A stretch of DNA of 62,866 bases, the filler included, from Rhabdomonas costata (Eukaryota), in assembly GCA_019059605.1 (NCBI GenBank). It is 48 parts of 48 records of this genome, joined end to end, with 100 filler letters (N's around TTAATTAATTAA, not from the genome) between each part and the next. Parts side by side here need not be neighbours in the genome. Positions count along the whole stretch, not along the records: positions 13,114 to 14,325 come from JAHMHO010023426.1; positions 14,426 to 15,637 come from JAHMHO010023427.1; positions 15,738 to 16,949 come from JAHMHO010023428.1; positions 17,050 to 18,261 come from JAHMHO010023429.1; positions 18,362 to 19,572 come from JAHMHO010023430.1; positions 19,673 to 20,883 come from JAHMHO010023431.1; positions 20,984 to 22,195 come from JAHMHO010023432.1; positions 22,296 to 23,507 come from JAHMHO010023433.1; 40 more parts are not named here. One strand, written 5' to 3'. The position numbers and the translations under genes are program-made. The notes under the pieces were generated by a model. It saw only the letters and a list, made by a program, of their open reading frames with translations. It was not told the DNA's origin and ran no database searches. This document shows, piece after piece, positions 13,400 to 24,699 of this stretch. How positions within the stretch are numbered: position 1 is the stretch's first letter; the number at the start of each line of letters is the position of its first letter.

Positions 13400-13470
13400 C
13401 TCCGTGGCGGGAGTCGAAACCGGAATTCAGCCGTGAGAGGGCTGGGTTCTAACTGCTATACTACGGCGGA
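13400..13470 (-). pseudogene. Degenerate tRNA-Glu(CTC)
   Basis: Anticodon arm CAGCC-CTCTCAC-GGCTG is intact and TTCGA is present, but the D-loop GG is lost and acceptor and T stems are mismatched. Confidence 0.75.
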
Positions 13471-13537
13471 ATTCTCAGCACAAATGATATGCGTTTGGGT
13501 TTAGGAAGCAGTTTCACGTCGTTCAATAAAGAAAAAC

Positions 13538-13602
13538 AGGGAGGACCGGGAATCAGGTTATTGCGGCCACAACGCAATGTTCTACCTCTAAACTATCCTC
13601 CC
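13538..13602 (-). pseudogene. tRNA-His(GTG) pseudogene with T-arm deletion
   Basis: Perfect acceptor stem GGGAGGA/TCCTCCC and anticodon arm TTGCG-TTGTGGC-CGCAA, but about 7 nt including TTC are missing from the T arm (65 nt total). Confidence 0.8.
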
Positions 13603-13676
13603 AAATGTCTTTCAAATTATTGCTGGTTCGTTGTGATTGACTTTTCGCCCGAGTCGACCACTTCAACAGCATTTAA

Positions 13677-13727
13677 GCGAGGTTGGCTCAGTCGGCACGA
13701 CTGGCGCGAAGGTCTCACAAATCCTTC
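13677..13727 (+). pseudogene. Possible 5' relic of a tRNA (Met-like)
   Basis: GCGAGGT-TGGCTCAGTCGG A-box, then a GAAGG/CCTTC stem around TCTCACAAAT; no T arm. Confidence 0.35.
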
Positions 13728-13831
13728 CTGCCGTATCCATCAGGCCACGGGGGCAATCAGAAATTACTTCAGCCAATACTATGGTCGAAAATGAGTGATC
13801 CTTTAAAACATGGGTCGGTTCTGATGACGGC

Positions 13832-13903
13832 GGCCGTTTGGTCTAGAGGCATGATTCTCGCTTTGGGTGCGAGAGGTCCCGGGTTCGATTCACGGAACGG
13901 CCC
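13832..13903 (+). tRNA. tRNA-Pro(TGG)
   Basis: 72-nt cloverleaf, acceptor GGCCGTT/AACGGCC, anticodon arm CTCGC-TTTGGGT-GCGAG; one T-stem mismatch (CCGGG/CACGG). Confidence 0.92.
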
Positions 13904-13961
13904 TGCCTGCATTGGTGTCTGTTTCTGCTCTAGTAAGTAAAGGCTCTGCAAGGAAACACCT

Positions 13962-14033
13962 TCCCGGTTAGTATAGTGGTTAGAACACCTGGTTTTCACC
14001 CAGGAAACCCGGGTTCAATTCCCGGACCGGGAG
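13962..14033 (+). tRNA. tRNA-Glu(TTC)
   Basis: 72-nt cloverleaf, acceptor TCCCGGT/ACCGGGA, anticodon arm CCTGG-TTTTCAC-CCAGG, T arm CCGGG-TTCAATT-CCCGG; T-runs downstream. Confidence 0.95.
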
Positions 14034-14100
14034 TTATTTCCAACCACCTTACCCACCTTATGAGCTTTTTATCTCTTTTTGATCTCTGAAATAAAAGGAG

Positions 14101-14173
14101 CACCGTCCGTGGGGCTCGAACCCACGACCACAAGGTTAAGAGCCTTGCGCTCTACCGACTGAGCTAGGACGGC
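14101..14173 (-). tRNA. tRNA-Lys(CTT)
   Basis: 73-nt cloverleaf GCCGTCC...GGACGGT, anticodon arm CAAGG-CTCTTAA-CCTTG, T loop TTCGAGC. Confidence 0.96.
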
Positions 14174-14237
14174 TTACAGCACTTTTATAGTATTTTTATT
14201 ATTAAAAAAATTTTTAGCTTATGCTGTGTCTAAAATT

Positions 14238-14284
14238 TGCATTGGCCGGGAATCGAACCCGGGTCGCATCCGTGGCAGGGATGC
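14238..14284 (-). tRNA. tRNA-Gly(GCC), 3' half only; 5' half replaced by a fold-back copy
   Basis: CATCC-CTGCCAC-GGATG-CGAC-CCGGG-TTCGATT-CCCGG-CCAATGCA; beyond the anticodon arm the sequence is the inverted copy. Confidence 0.8.
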
Positions 14285-15272
14285 GATCCGGGTTCGATTC
14301 CCGGCCAATGCAAATTTTAGACACANNNNNNNNNNNNNNNNNNNNNNNNNNNNNNNNNNNNNNNNNNNNTTAATTAATTAANNNNNNNNNNNNNNNNNNN
14401 NNNNNNNNNNNNNNNNNNNNNNNNNGGTTTTTGGTGCACGGGAGTGCAACGGGGCGGCTGATGTACGTGCCAGAGCGCAGACAGGGAGAAGTACGTCGGT
14501 TGTATGCTCTACAAGAATAAGAAGGAATCGGACGGCGCAGCATTGTTGTTCGCGAAGCCATTTCAGAAGCAGGAGCCAGAGAGACGGAGAAGAGATGCAG
14601 TGAAAGCATTCGAGGGGAGAAGGCAGACTGTAGGGTTGGAGAGGGCGTTACAGCGTGTTTTCGCGGGAGCGGGCTTCATTTCAAATCATGAAAATACCGC
14701 TCATGTGTGTGTGTTGTGGTGATCGGAAACTTCCGAAGACTGACATCCTCATCGACGCACACATCCAATGCCACGCCGTGTGTTCATTTTTCCCGATGGC
14801 AACGGTTGCTTAGTCAGACAAAGTTAAGGGTTAAAGTCCCGGTTAAAGCCAGTCATCTGGTGCTTTTTCCCCGCCTCAGAGGAGCCTACAATTTTTACAT
14901 CAGTTTTTGCGAGCATATGCTGTTTAAAAATTTCTGGCATCATCACGAAGTATATTGCTCAGCTACCACTTGGGCTGCAGTTCGACAAGCATCCCGCAGG
15001 CGCCTCAGTCCAAAGATCCGAATGTGAATGCAATTGGAAGAGAACAGGGCACGGTGGAGTCAGCAGATACAGCAAGAAAACGAAAGTACACCAAACGTGA
15101 TGCACGTCAGGGCTTCACAGAAAATATCAAAACATCCACGACGAAATATACAACCAAGTGCAGAAAAACGTTCCCCATAACAGGGTTCCGAACGCCGTAA
15201 AGTGTCCTCTGCAACGTTCGGTTCTCGGCCGAAGACTCAAGACGGGTTCATATCGCCTCCCTCCACACTACG

Positions 15273-15350
15273 TTACAGCTTGCTAGCGGGCGCCTTCTGG
15301 CTCTGCAGCAGCTTCTGCAGCTTCTGGGACTGCATGACGTTTCCCTTGAT
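15273..15350 (-). CDS. Terminal exon of a peroxisomal SCP2-domain protein (SCP2/MFE-2-like) with PTS1
   Basis: tttcag|IKGNVMQSQKLQKLLQSQKAPASKL*; matches the SCP2 C-terminal K(I)xGNxMxxxKL motif and ends in SKL. Not in the ORF track. Confidence 0.82.
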   Translation of the reverse strand: MKGNVMQSQKLQKLLQSQKAPASKL

Positions 15351-15893
15351 CTGAAATCAGAAACCAAAAATCGCGACACGGCGAGTCCTGCTTCCTACCC
15401 CCAAACCAGCCCCAAAACCGCCCTAATGAGCTTGTCAAAGCTCGTCAAAGCGGAGAAGCGGGCTCCATTAAAAAACAGCCGCTTCAAACAGCCGCTTCAT
15501 TGCACATAAGAACATAGCATTTGCACTGCTATCTTGTAATTGGCTCTGTTGCTACACAAGTCTCCTTCCAAGGACAACCAGCTGATGATTCCACATGTGC
15601 AACCGTGCTCATAGCATTGACTTGCCCCCACACCCCCNNNNNNNNNNNNNNNNNNNNNNNNNNNNNNNNNNNNNNNNNNNNTTAATTAATTAANNNNNNN
15701 NNNNNNNNNNNNNNNNNNNNNNNNNNNNNNNNNNNNNGGTTGTGCGTTTGGTCCATTTTGTCCATATCCTCCCATGATCTGGGTTGGACCCTGTGTTGGC
15801 TCCATTTTTCCGGCTGAAGATCAGAATGGCTGCATATGGTCATGCTCGTGGTGTGCTACTGCTTTGATACATTTTTCTTGTTTTCCTCTTCAG

Positions 15894-16004
15894 CGTTGAC
15901 CTGCGCCACGGTAACCTGCCCGAAGAACCACTTACTGCGCCCCAATCCCTCCTCCACCACATGCCGCCGGGCAGCCTGCACCACCGAGGAGTGCTGCGTT
16001 CCTG
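15894..16004 (+). CDS. 6-Cys module exon, copy 1 (phase 1-1)
   Basis: Polypyrimidine-cag|(A)LTCATVTCPKNHLLRPNPSSTTCRRAACTTEECCVP|gt; 111 nt. Confidence 0.8.
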
Positions 16005-17740
16005 GTGTGCAGCAAATTCGGGAAACCAGGATCCAGAGCTTCGGAGCTGAATGTGAATGAATGGGGGCCGGAGTTGCGTAGTGTAACAATGGATGGCTGT
16101 GAAGTTCCTTGTCCAAGGTTTCGATTGGAGCGCGCTAAAGGCGTAGGATAGCCCTGGTAAACCCTTAGAGCAAGTTGAGGGGTCCACGACCACGCTTGGA
16201 AGGAAGCAATTGTGCTGCCTTAGCAACTTAGACGTACAGGAAGAGAAGGCCGTTCGCTGCTGTTCGGCCCTTTCGGTGCTGCGTGGGCAGCCACGAGACG
16301 CGCCAAGTGACGTGAGAACTGTTCTGTTGGGCTAGCTCGTTTCTAGGTCCTGGCAAGACTTTGGTAAGAAGAGCGGGGAGGAGACGGATCGGTCACCGCG
16401 GGAAGAGATAAGGTTCAATGCTTCAATGCTGCTGCTTGCAAACCACGAACCCTTGACCATCGACAGGGCAGCTCAAGGACAAAGCAATGCCTTCAAGGTG
16501 TCTGCACCAACTCACGCACGTGCATGTATGACAGGTCTCTGGGGGCAAGGAAACGAGGGAGGGAGGTTCACCTTTCAAGCCCGCTGTAGCAAGAAGCTGC
16601 CATTCTAACACGAAATTTTCTGTGTTAGAACATTTTTGTTGCTAAATCCCTTGAACGAGCACAACTTTCGAAGATTCCTTTCACCTTTTCTGTTATATTG
16701 CCCCCCCTCCGCACAAAAATACAGAAGATTGGCGGTTGCGCGAGTTGGTGGTGGTGCTGGTGGGGTTTGTTGCACTCACCTCCCATTCTGTTTTCAGTCC
16801 ATGTGCGGATGCACGTTGAGGGGTCCCGCAGGCACTTCAAGAGGTAGGAAAACGCTTTACTGTGGCAGACACAGAGGAGAAAGAGGCAGGCGAACTGCTT
16901 ATAGCGGTAGGGAAAGGCGGCTGTGCACAGCCGCCTTTCCCACACAAAANNNNNNNNNNNNNNNNNNNNNNNNNNNNNNNNNNNNNNNNNNNNTTAATTA
17001 ATTAANNNNNNNNNNNNNNNNNNNNNNNNNNNNNNNNNNNNNNNNNNNNTGTTGTGGGGATTCTCCTGGAGATTCTGCGCGATCAGGCCAGCGCGGCAGC
17101 TTCGAAGAGGTGCGCTACTGCATACTGAAAGGATACAGCTTAGGTATGATGATGGAACAGCATTAATGACATTAAAGGCGGAGCATGTTCATTCGCGCTT
17201 TTACTCGTTTTCCATTTCCACGACGCGGCCATGCTCTCATTCCACAAGTGTGTGTGATTTGTGTGTTCGCTGTTCTATGTGCCCCATCCCCATCGGTATT
17301 GTCTCCTCCCTTTTCGCCGCCCACCTTTTTTTGTCATACTGTGAGTTTAAGTTTGTGTGCAGAAATAGACCGCCTTTGCCGGTTCCCCGCCTTGCTCTTT
17401 TTTATTCCAGGTGCCGTTTGCGTTGACCGCTTAGTCGCAGTGATTAAAGGACCCAACGCGAGCTTTCAAAAAAAAAAGAACAGCCGCCATTAAAAAATTT
17501 GCCCAGTGGAATAGGGCGAGAAGAGTAGGGAAGGAAAAGTGACGAAAACTGCTGCAGTTTTCCCTCCGCTTCGATCCTCAGGTCTGAGGCTCACGTCAGT
17601 TGAACACAGGCAACGGGGGTGCACTCTTCTTACTACTTGTTTCGGTTCCCTCTCTCTCTCTCGCTTTCTCTTTTCCTTTCTTTGCGTGTGACCACATCCA
17701 ATCGCAGTGCTGCTCTGCAGTGCAGCGAGGCACTTTGCAG

Positions 17741-17816
17741 GGTGTGCCCTGTGCAGTGCCAGGAGCTGTTCGCTTCACTGCTGGCGGTCGCCCCTGTGGT
17801 GTGGAAAAAGGCCGAG
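17741..17816 (+). CDS. Candidate exon, unknown protein
   Basis: ttgcag|...GAG|gtac boundaries; GC3-rich frame VCPVQCQELFASLLAVAPVVWKKAE. Confidence 0.35.
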
Positions 17817-19062
17817 GTACATTCCTGCCCCTTCACCGCATATTGTCACCCGCGTAAGCTCTTCACATTCTTTGGCCGCGCAGGACATATAAAAAGAATG
17901 CCGCATCGGCTGCTTCTTCGAAGAAAAGTGATTCATCCATCATCCTTCGCACACGCCAGCATTCCATGCACTTTTTAACACAACCTTCGCAACCCCCACC
18001 CCTCTCTGCTTCTGGCTCTTGTCTCGTGGACCATTGGACGTTGAACACTTGTTGTGGCTACCGGGTTTCACTTGCTGTATCAAAAGCGAAACTATAACAA
18101 CGCTCATAATGGCGTGTGAAAAGGGAAAGGTGTGTGAAACGGGGTTGGATAGTTCTCGAAACCCCTCATCAGTCGAACCGCAGAACAAAAAACCTGTCAT
18201 TAGGTCGCCTTGCAGGAGTGCTGCTGTTCAGATTTGTAAACGACAAGTATCACCAAAAACANNNNNNNNNNNNNNNNNNNNNNNNNNNNNNNNNNNNNNN
18301 NNNNNTTAATTAATTAANNNNNNNNNNNNNNNNNNNNNNNNNNNNNNNNNNNNNNNNNNNNTCGTTTTTATTCGCGTGGACCTTTCAGTCCCAAAGTGCA
18401 CGGTTGGATGTGAAGCATAGGAAACTGGTGAAAAGCAACAACCAGCAGAGGACAAGACTGTGCACCCGCAAAAGGTGCGCATAAAAAACAGAGCAAGAAA
18501 AAAAAAGCTTTTTGCTCATCACAAACAACAGCAGAAAGCTCGCAATGCTGAGCCACCGCCGCCCAGGAAGAGGAATGACATCGGCAAAAGAGGCGTAGAC
18601 AGCAATTTTCTGACTGAACTGATTCTCAACGCTATCAGCAGCAGACACCAACCACATAATCCAATGGAACAATGGAGTGCCGCGCAAAAAAAGAGACACC
18701 ACAACAACAACAACACCTTTTGCAGCAAATGTCTGCGCGAGTGAGCTGTATGAGCAGAAGTGGGATCGAATGGGAAGGAGGACCAGGAGGAAAGCTCCAA
18801 GCGAACTCAAGCGAGCTGTTCGGCAAAACAAAGAACAGCCGGAGGAAAAATACAAACTATCCCCTAAGGCGCCTATCTCGCCAGAAAAATTGGACAAGTT
18901 GGGAAGCAAAGCAAAGGCAGAGCTTGAGAGAAACGAAGAGAATGCGGACCTTTCAACCGCATACCTGAGAGAGTGAAGGAGATAAGGGTGGAGGCAAAAG
19001 TGCCCCGACGTTCACTCCCGTTTTATACGTATTTCTGCTCACCGCAATTGCCTGAAAAGCCC

Positions 19063-19344
19063 TCAAAAGCCCATGTCCGTCGCTCCCCGAGCCATGTCTC
19101 TCTGACCCAACCCCATCTCCAGGTTGCCCTCGGCTTTCTCCGCGCGACCCATCGCCATCTCCCGCTGCCCCATCGCCAGTTCCTTCTCCCCCAGCGCTAC
19201 GTTGCCCATAGCAATGTCCCGTGCGCCCTGCATCATCTCCGCCTTCCCCATCGCAACGTCGGTGCGGCCGATGTTGGCCTCCGCCGCGCCCAGGGCCATC
19301 TCCCGCTGCCCCGCACCCATCTCCGCCGCACCCATGCCGAACAT
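19063..19344 (-). CDS. Intronless 93-aa Met/Gly/Ala-rich heptad-repeat protein
   Basis: MFGMGAAEMGAGQREMALG...ATDMGF*; strong GC3 bias, Gly about every 7th residue, pyrimidine tract plus AG just before the ATG. Confidence 0.8.
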   Translation of the reverse strand: MFGMGAAEMGAGQREMALGAAEANIGRTDVAMGKAEMMQGARDIAMGNVALGEKELAMGQREMAMGRAEKAEGNLEMGLGQRDMARGATDMGF

Positions 19345-21783
19345 TCTCACGAACAAAGAAAACGAATAGGACGGCTGACAAGAGATGGGAAAAGAGGAGG
19401 TCACGTGTTTGACACAGGAAAGCAGGGGAACTCCAGGCACAGGCCTCCACAGTCGCCAAGTTCATTATCCACACTTTAATCAGAGAAGTCAGTGATCTCA
19501 AAAACCAGAAAGAATCGATTACGCTTAAATTTCATGAAAATTTTAAACAGGAAAGAACAAAAGAAAACCTCANNNNNNNNNNNNNNNNNNNNNNNNNNNN
19601 NNNNNNNNNNNNNNNNTTAATTAATTAANNNNNNNNNNNNNNNNNNNNNNNNNNNNNNNNNNNNNNNNNNNNGGGGGGGGGGTGTATGCATTTACAAATA
19701 CGCTTTCCCCCATGTTAATTCGTGCGGAATGCCTCAGAGGGCCGGACAGTTTCATTTTTTTTTTAACGATTCTTGGTGCTGGGTGGGGGTGGGGGGGTTA
19801 TTCTGGTCTCGCAAGGGCGACGAAAGCAGCAATTGATAGCGAGTCAATGAAGAGTGCAAGCAAGCAAGAAATACAATGTTGGCATTGAAATACAACGTTG
19901 AGCCCTGGACTCTTCCCCCATCGCACTCGCCCGGTGTCAGCTTGGTGCCATTTCCCATCCTCGCATAGGCTGTCCCACGGAGTGTCGGAAGGAAGCTATG
20001 CAGCACAACGTTGCATTAAGGGCGATGAAGCTATATCTAAAATCTACCTCTATCAGTACGTACACAGCAGCGTCTTTGATACATGTAAATCTGTGAAACT
20101 TGGATAAGGCAAAACTTAATATCACCCCCGCTTGCACAAGAAACTGATAAGAGATGAGCATGCTATAGCACTTGGAGGGGGGATCCTTAATGCAGCAGAG
20201 GCAACGAGTACCAAAAAGAACAACAAATAGCCCCCCCCCGTCCCCCGGCCGCGGAAGCAGGGTGGTTGCAGCAACACAGAAATCAGTTAAGTTAATCCTT
20301 GATACCCACAGATTTATGACCCACAGAGGGAGGGCTAGAGTGAATCGTTATAGTGAGTCATGCGTGGGAGACACGCCATACAAGTACCCAGTACAAGACG
20401 TGGCCGAAAACCCCCGCAACTCGAGCCACCCAAGAGGGGGACTGAGGCCGTGGTGACGCGGTGGGGGAGGCCGGAACACCCACCACCTGCAGCAAGACAA
20501 GAAAGGGCAAGTGCACGTGAATTTTCCTGACGCAGTGCGTCAGGAAAATTGTGAACAACAGAAAATGGATGCCGTGTCCCCTACCTTCTAAGGCAAGAGG
20601 GCCTCTTGCACTCACTTCACACTTTTTTTGTGGGGGGGGCCTCCACCTGGCCTCGACTCCTGTTCTGCATATCTGCGACAGCTCAGCAACGATAGTTCCA
20701 ATGATTCACAAGAGTCAGCAACGATAGTTCCAATAATTCACCAAAAGCCGAACACGTTTGGCAGTGCTATACTTACGTTCCACGGTGCAAGACTTTACCC
20801 ACTCGCTCCCTCCCCAAAAAATTATCCCCCTTGCTGTGCTCCTAACCGCGACCGCCTGAATCTGTCCAATAAAAAAACAACAANNNNNNNNNNNNNNNNN
20901 NNNNNNNNNNNNNNNNNNNNNNNNNNNTTAATTAATTAANNNNNNNNNNNNNNNNNNNNNNNNNNNNNNNNNNNNNNNNNNNNTGGTTGTGGTGGGTTGC
21001 CTGAAAGATGAGCATTACCACGAAGCTGAGAGAAGTGGCAAGTCTTTTCTTGGCTGTCGTCTGACCAGCTGTCGATACGATACTGATATGAGATTGAGGA
21101 CTAGATGCTTTGCCTATGTCCTGCTGATGTGTTTCCCGTGGACAGTGTGAACAATCGATGAGTATTTTTTTGTTTGTGTGTTTTCTTTGTGGGACGAACC
21201 TGCTTTTGATTTTTCAGTCACAGAATTGGTAACCTGTTTGTGTTCTGGGTGCAAGGGGTTTTGCATTCGAAAAATGAGCGATGCTGCGAAACTGAGGGAA
21301 GTGGTGTAGTGTATGTGAAGTGTGTGTGACCTGTTTGTGTTCTCGGTGCAGGGGTTGTTGCATCTGATTTTCGGAAGTCACACCTCACCCACCCCTTTCC
21401 ATTCTGTGCCTCGTTTTTCCTTTTCTTCAAAGGTGTGATTAGAAAAAGCGAGTTTTGGTTTAAGGTTTCCTTTCCATGGTTCCCACCCAGGGAGCCTAAT
21501 TTATTTGGCTTCCGCTCACAAATATCCCCTCAAGATCGGCGTTTCAGAGAGATGCCAGCTTGGCTGTCGTACTGGTTGTGGATTGCTTTCGTGATGGGTT
21601 CCTTTTGTTCCGGGACTCCCTACACGCAGTGGGGGGGGGGAGCGTATGTGATGGTAATCGTTCGCTTCCCTTCTTCCGCAGCTTCTTTCCTGATTAGCTG
21701 CCCTCCTACAAAGAAAAGACCGCTTCCACGACCAACAAAGAATCAAACAATGGATCCTGACGGAGCCCGAGTTTCAATCGCAG

Positions 21784-21895
21784 TGATGCTTTCGGCGGAG
21801 GCGCAGCTGGCGGACAAGCTGGAGGAGACCTTCACCTCGGTATCTCACACGGAGCAGGGGCAGGTCCCTCGAGGTCGTCTGGCGGAACTTGTGAG
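21784..21895 (+). CDS. Candidate exon, degenerate EF-hand-like helix-loop-helix
   Basis: cgcag|...MLSAEAQLADKLEETFTSVSHTEQGQVPRGRLAELVR|gtgaag. Confidence 0.45.
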
Positions 21896-22327
21896 GTGAA
21901 GCCCCCCCCTCCGTGTACCCCTCCACGTGCATTCAGTTGCCCTCCACCTCTTCCCTCCTACCCATGGTGCGCACACCATCCCGGAGTCTGCGCCGAGCGG
22001 CAGGAAAGCGTTTAAAGCGTTTGTTTTGGGGGGATCTCGTTTCGCGAAAAATCTCGAATAAGTCAAAAACGGCGGAAAATTTCTCCGGGAGGGGGTACCT
22101 TCAGGGTATAAATTAACGAATGAGTTCACTGCCACACACTGAACATTTGCCCTATGAAGTTGAGAAAAGAAAACGCCGCACAAACAAACCCCCCCNNNNN
22201 NNNNNNNNNNNNNNNNNNNNNNNNNNNNNNNNNNNNNNNTTAATTAATTAANNNNNNNNNNNNNNNNNNNNNNNNNNNNNNNNNNNNNNNNNNNNTGTGG
22301 GGGGGGGGGGTGCTTCAATCCTGCCAG

Positions 22328-22641
22328 GAGTGGTGACAGGCTTCTTTCTGAAGCTACTGGACTCCGTCCGCAAGTCCATTGCCAGCGCGTTGGAAATCTT
22401 TGTTGATGTTGTGCTGACCTGGATTCTGTTTTCGATCCCCATCTCTTTCGCCACCGTCGTTGCCGCGGTTTTGGTTGCTGGTGGGGTTTACCTGTACTCT
22501 GTCCCGAAGATCTCCCTCTCGGGCTCCTCTGAGGCTGAGGACACTGCCAGTGCATCGGCGAAGTCCGGTGGGGCATCGTCCCCGTCCATAGTAACTCACT
22601 CTTACACTGCCACGAAAGACAGCGACAACGACGCCCAGTGA
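22328..22641 (+). CDS. Nucleotide-sugar transporter (SLC35A-type), last exon
   Basis: GVVTGFFLKLLDSVRKSIASALEIFVDVVLTWILFSIPI...VLVAGGVYLYS corresponds to the final TM helices of SLC35A transporters; stop at 22639-22641. Confidence 0.85.
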
Positions 22642-23665
22642 GATCTTTCGTGCAATCTGCCCTCCCCCTCCCCGCGCTTCATTCTGGTTTGTGCTGCCCT
22701 GAACGAAAACGTTGCAAGGCGAATGTGCGAAAAGGCAAAAAAGAAAACCCGTGAACATCATGGTGTTTGGGCAAGTTCGCTGTGCCCCAGCGCTGACTGC
22801 AATCTGCGAATGTGCGAGGGCCGGCTAGCTTTCGCTAGTATTTTTTGTGTCAGGAAAAGGTGGATGCCTGCTTTCCCAATACGACCATTTCTCAGGTTTT
22901 TCTTTATAGGCGTTTATAAGCATCCAGATTTGTGGACGACAGAACCGCAATTTACCCGTGTCCATTCTCGGGCCCTTACATATTTCTTGCTAACAATGAG
23001 CTCTTCTCCTTTGGATTCGAAACTGTGTCAAAAGCCCCGGCCGCGCATGGAGCCAACTCCAGTGTCAGCGTCCGCTGCCGCTGCCAATATTATCGCGATA
23101 TCCCGGTGCTGGGGACGCAACTCTCCACCCTCATAGTCCAGGGCGAGACGCTAGAAAGTGTGGCCCCGACGCCACCGCCACCCACACCCAGTTGTTCACC
23201 CTTAAGGCGCCAGCGGTAACATTTCCACGCCTTGATGATCAGGTAAACAAAAAATCCGCCAAACGACATCCTTCCCAAATGCCGCTTCCTGGGCCATGGA
23301 CGTATTCTCCCACATTTCCTCGCGTCCCTTGCTTTGAAAGATTCACGGTCCACATTTATCCGCCGTTGCATTTCCCATCCTATGCACCGGCCACCCGCCG
23401 CCCTCCACGCGCGACCCTGTCGTCTTCAATTGGTTTCTCGGACCGTTGGCGCTTTGAAGCCAGTCCGTTTTGATTCCCAATCCGCTTGACTGCATGCAAA
23501 CCAACCCNNNNNNNNNNNNNNNNNNNNNNNNNNNNNNNNNNNNNNNNNNNNTTAATTAATTAANNNNNNNNNNNNNNNNNNNNNNNNNNNNNNNNNNNNN
23601 NNNNNNNGTTGTTGGGGCACTGTTGGTGCGACTCACCCCATTGCGTGCCTGCTGTTGTCCCGCAG

Positions 23666-24636
23666 ATCTCCGCGCTTAAGGAGCAGCAGTGTGCGAAGGT
23701 TGCGGAGCTGGAAAAGCAGGTCCCCAGACTGTCCACCTCTCTACCTTTGATAACCTCTGCTGTACCCTACCGGGTCCCGTTAAGTGTAAATGGTAGTTGC
23801 GGCCAGTGTTAGCATACCCTGGGAGTGCATTCTAGATGAGCGTTTTGTTGTCAATTAGACTGGATGTGGCTGGCACACAAACACACATGCAGCACGTAGA
23901 TTTAGGTTCTGTACAATGTCTACTTTCCGACAGGTTCGATGATTCGCGCTTGTCCATCTCAGATAAGTTTGTCAAGTGCTCGAACTGTTTTCTTTTGACA
24001 GGCCGTAGGAGAGCAGTGTGCCCAGGCTGAGCTCACCAAATAGCCAACGAGGTCACTCTCTCGAAAAGGGCCGTAAGTATCTGTTATCTCGCGAGTGATC
24101 TCACGTGACGTGACGGGTGTGGTGACACCGGTTGTGGATCATCCCAGACATTGCACCTGAACGGATATAGGGGAACCTGCGAAAAGTGTAAAGAATAGTG
24201 ATTTGCTGTAATTATGCTTTTCTGGGTGTGCTGGACAAAACCTAAGTGAACATCGAAGTACAGTTCCGCAGAGAAGACGAATGAACCGTGTCAGATTTCG
24301 CTGGAAGGCGATTTCGCTGGAAATATGCGGGAAAAGGTCATGTCAGAATGCCACCCAAAATTCTAGTGCAGGATGGCGGCAGGTTGTTTATTTGACACAT
24401 ACCTGCGTCTGGCAGAAGAGGAAATCGAACTGGGGCTCATAAGTGCGAGAGCTTGTCACATTTATATTGCGTTCGGCCGGTTTGCCAGCTGCATTTGTGT
24501 GGGCTTGTTGGGCCTTTCTGTGGATGTGGATCTGAATTAGCTTCGGGCGGAGCTAGAAATCTCGCAGCGCAAGCTGCCCCGGCTGGAGAAGGAGCTGACC
24601 TCACTGCGGGCTCAGCTCCGGCAGCGTGATGCCACG
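23666..24636 (+). CDS. Coiled-coil protein, two exons (23666-23719 and 24541-24636)
   Basis: Phase-0 AG/GT exons ISALKEQQCAKVAELEKQ and LRAELEISQRKLPRLEKELTSLRAQLRQRDAT. Confidence 0.6.
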
Positions 24637-24668
24637 GTGCCCGCACAGCAAGAACAGCTGCAGCTTTT

Positions 24669-24699
24669 GCAGCAGCAGCAGCAGCAGCAACAGCAACAA
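24669..24699 (+). repeat. (CAG/CAA)n microsatellite, probably intronic
   Basis: gcagcagcagcagcagcagcaacagcaacaa, downstream of the GT donor at 24637. Confidence 0.8.

Noticed and set aside
14225-14325. Head-to-head duplicated tRNA-Gly halves suggesting a split or permuted tRNA
   Set aside because: The inversion is centred on the anticodon hairpin and runs to the contig end, consistent with self-primed fold-back.
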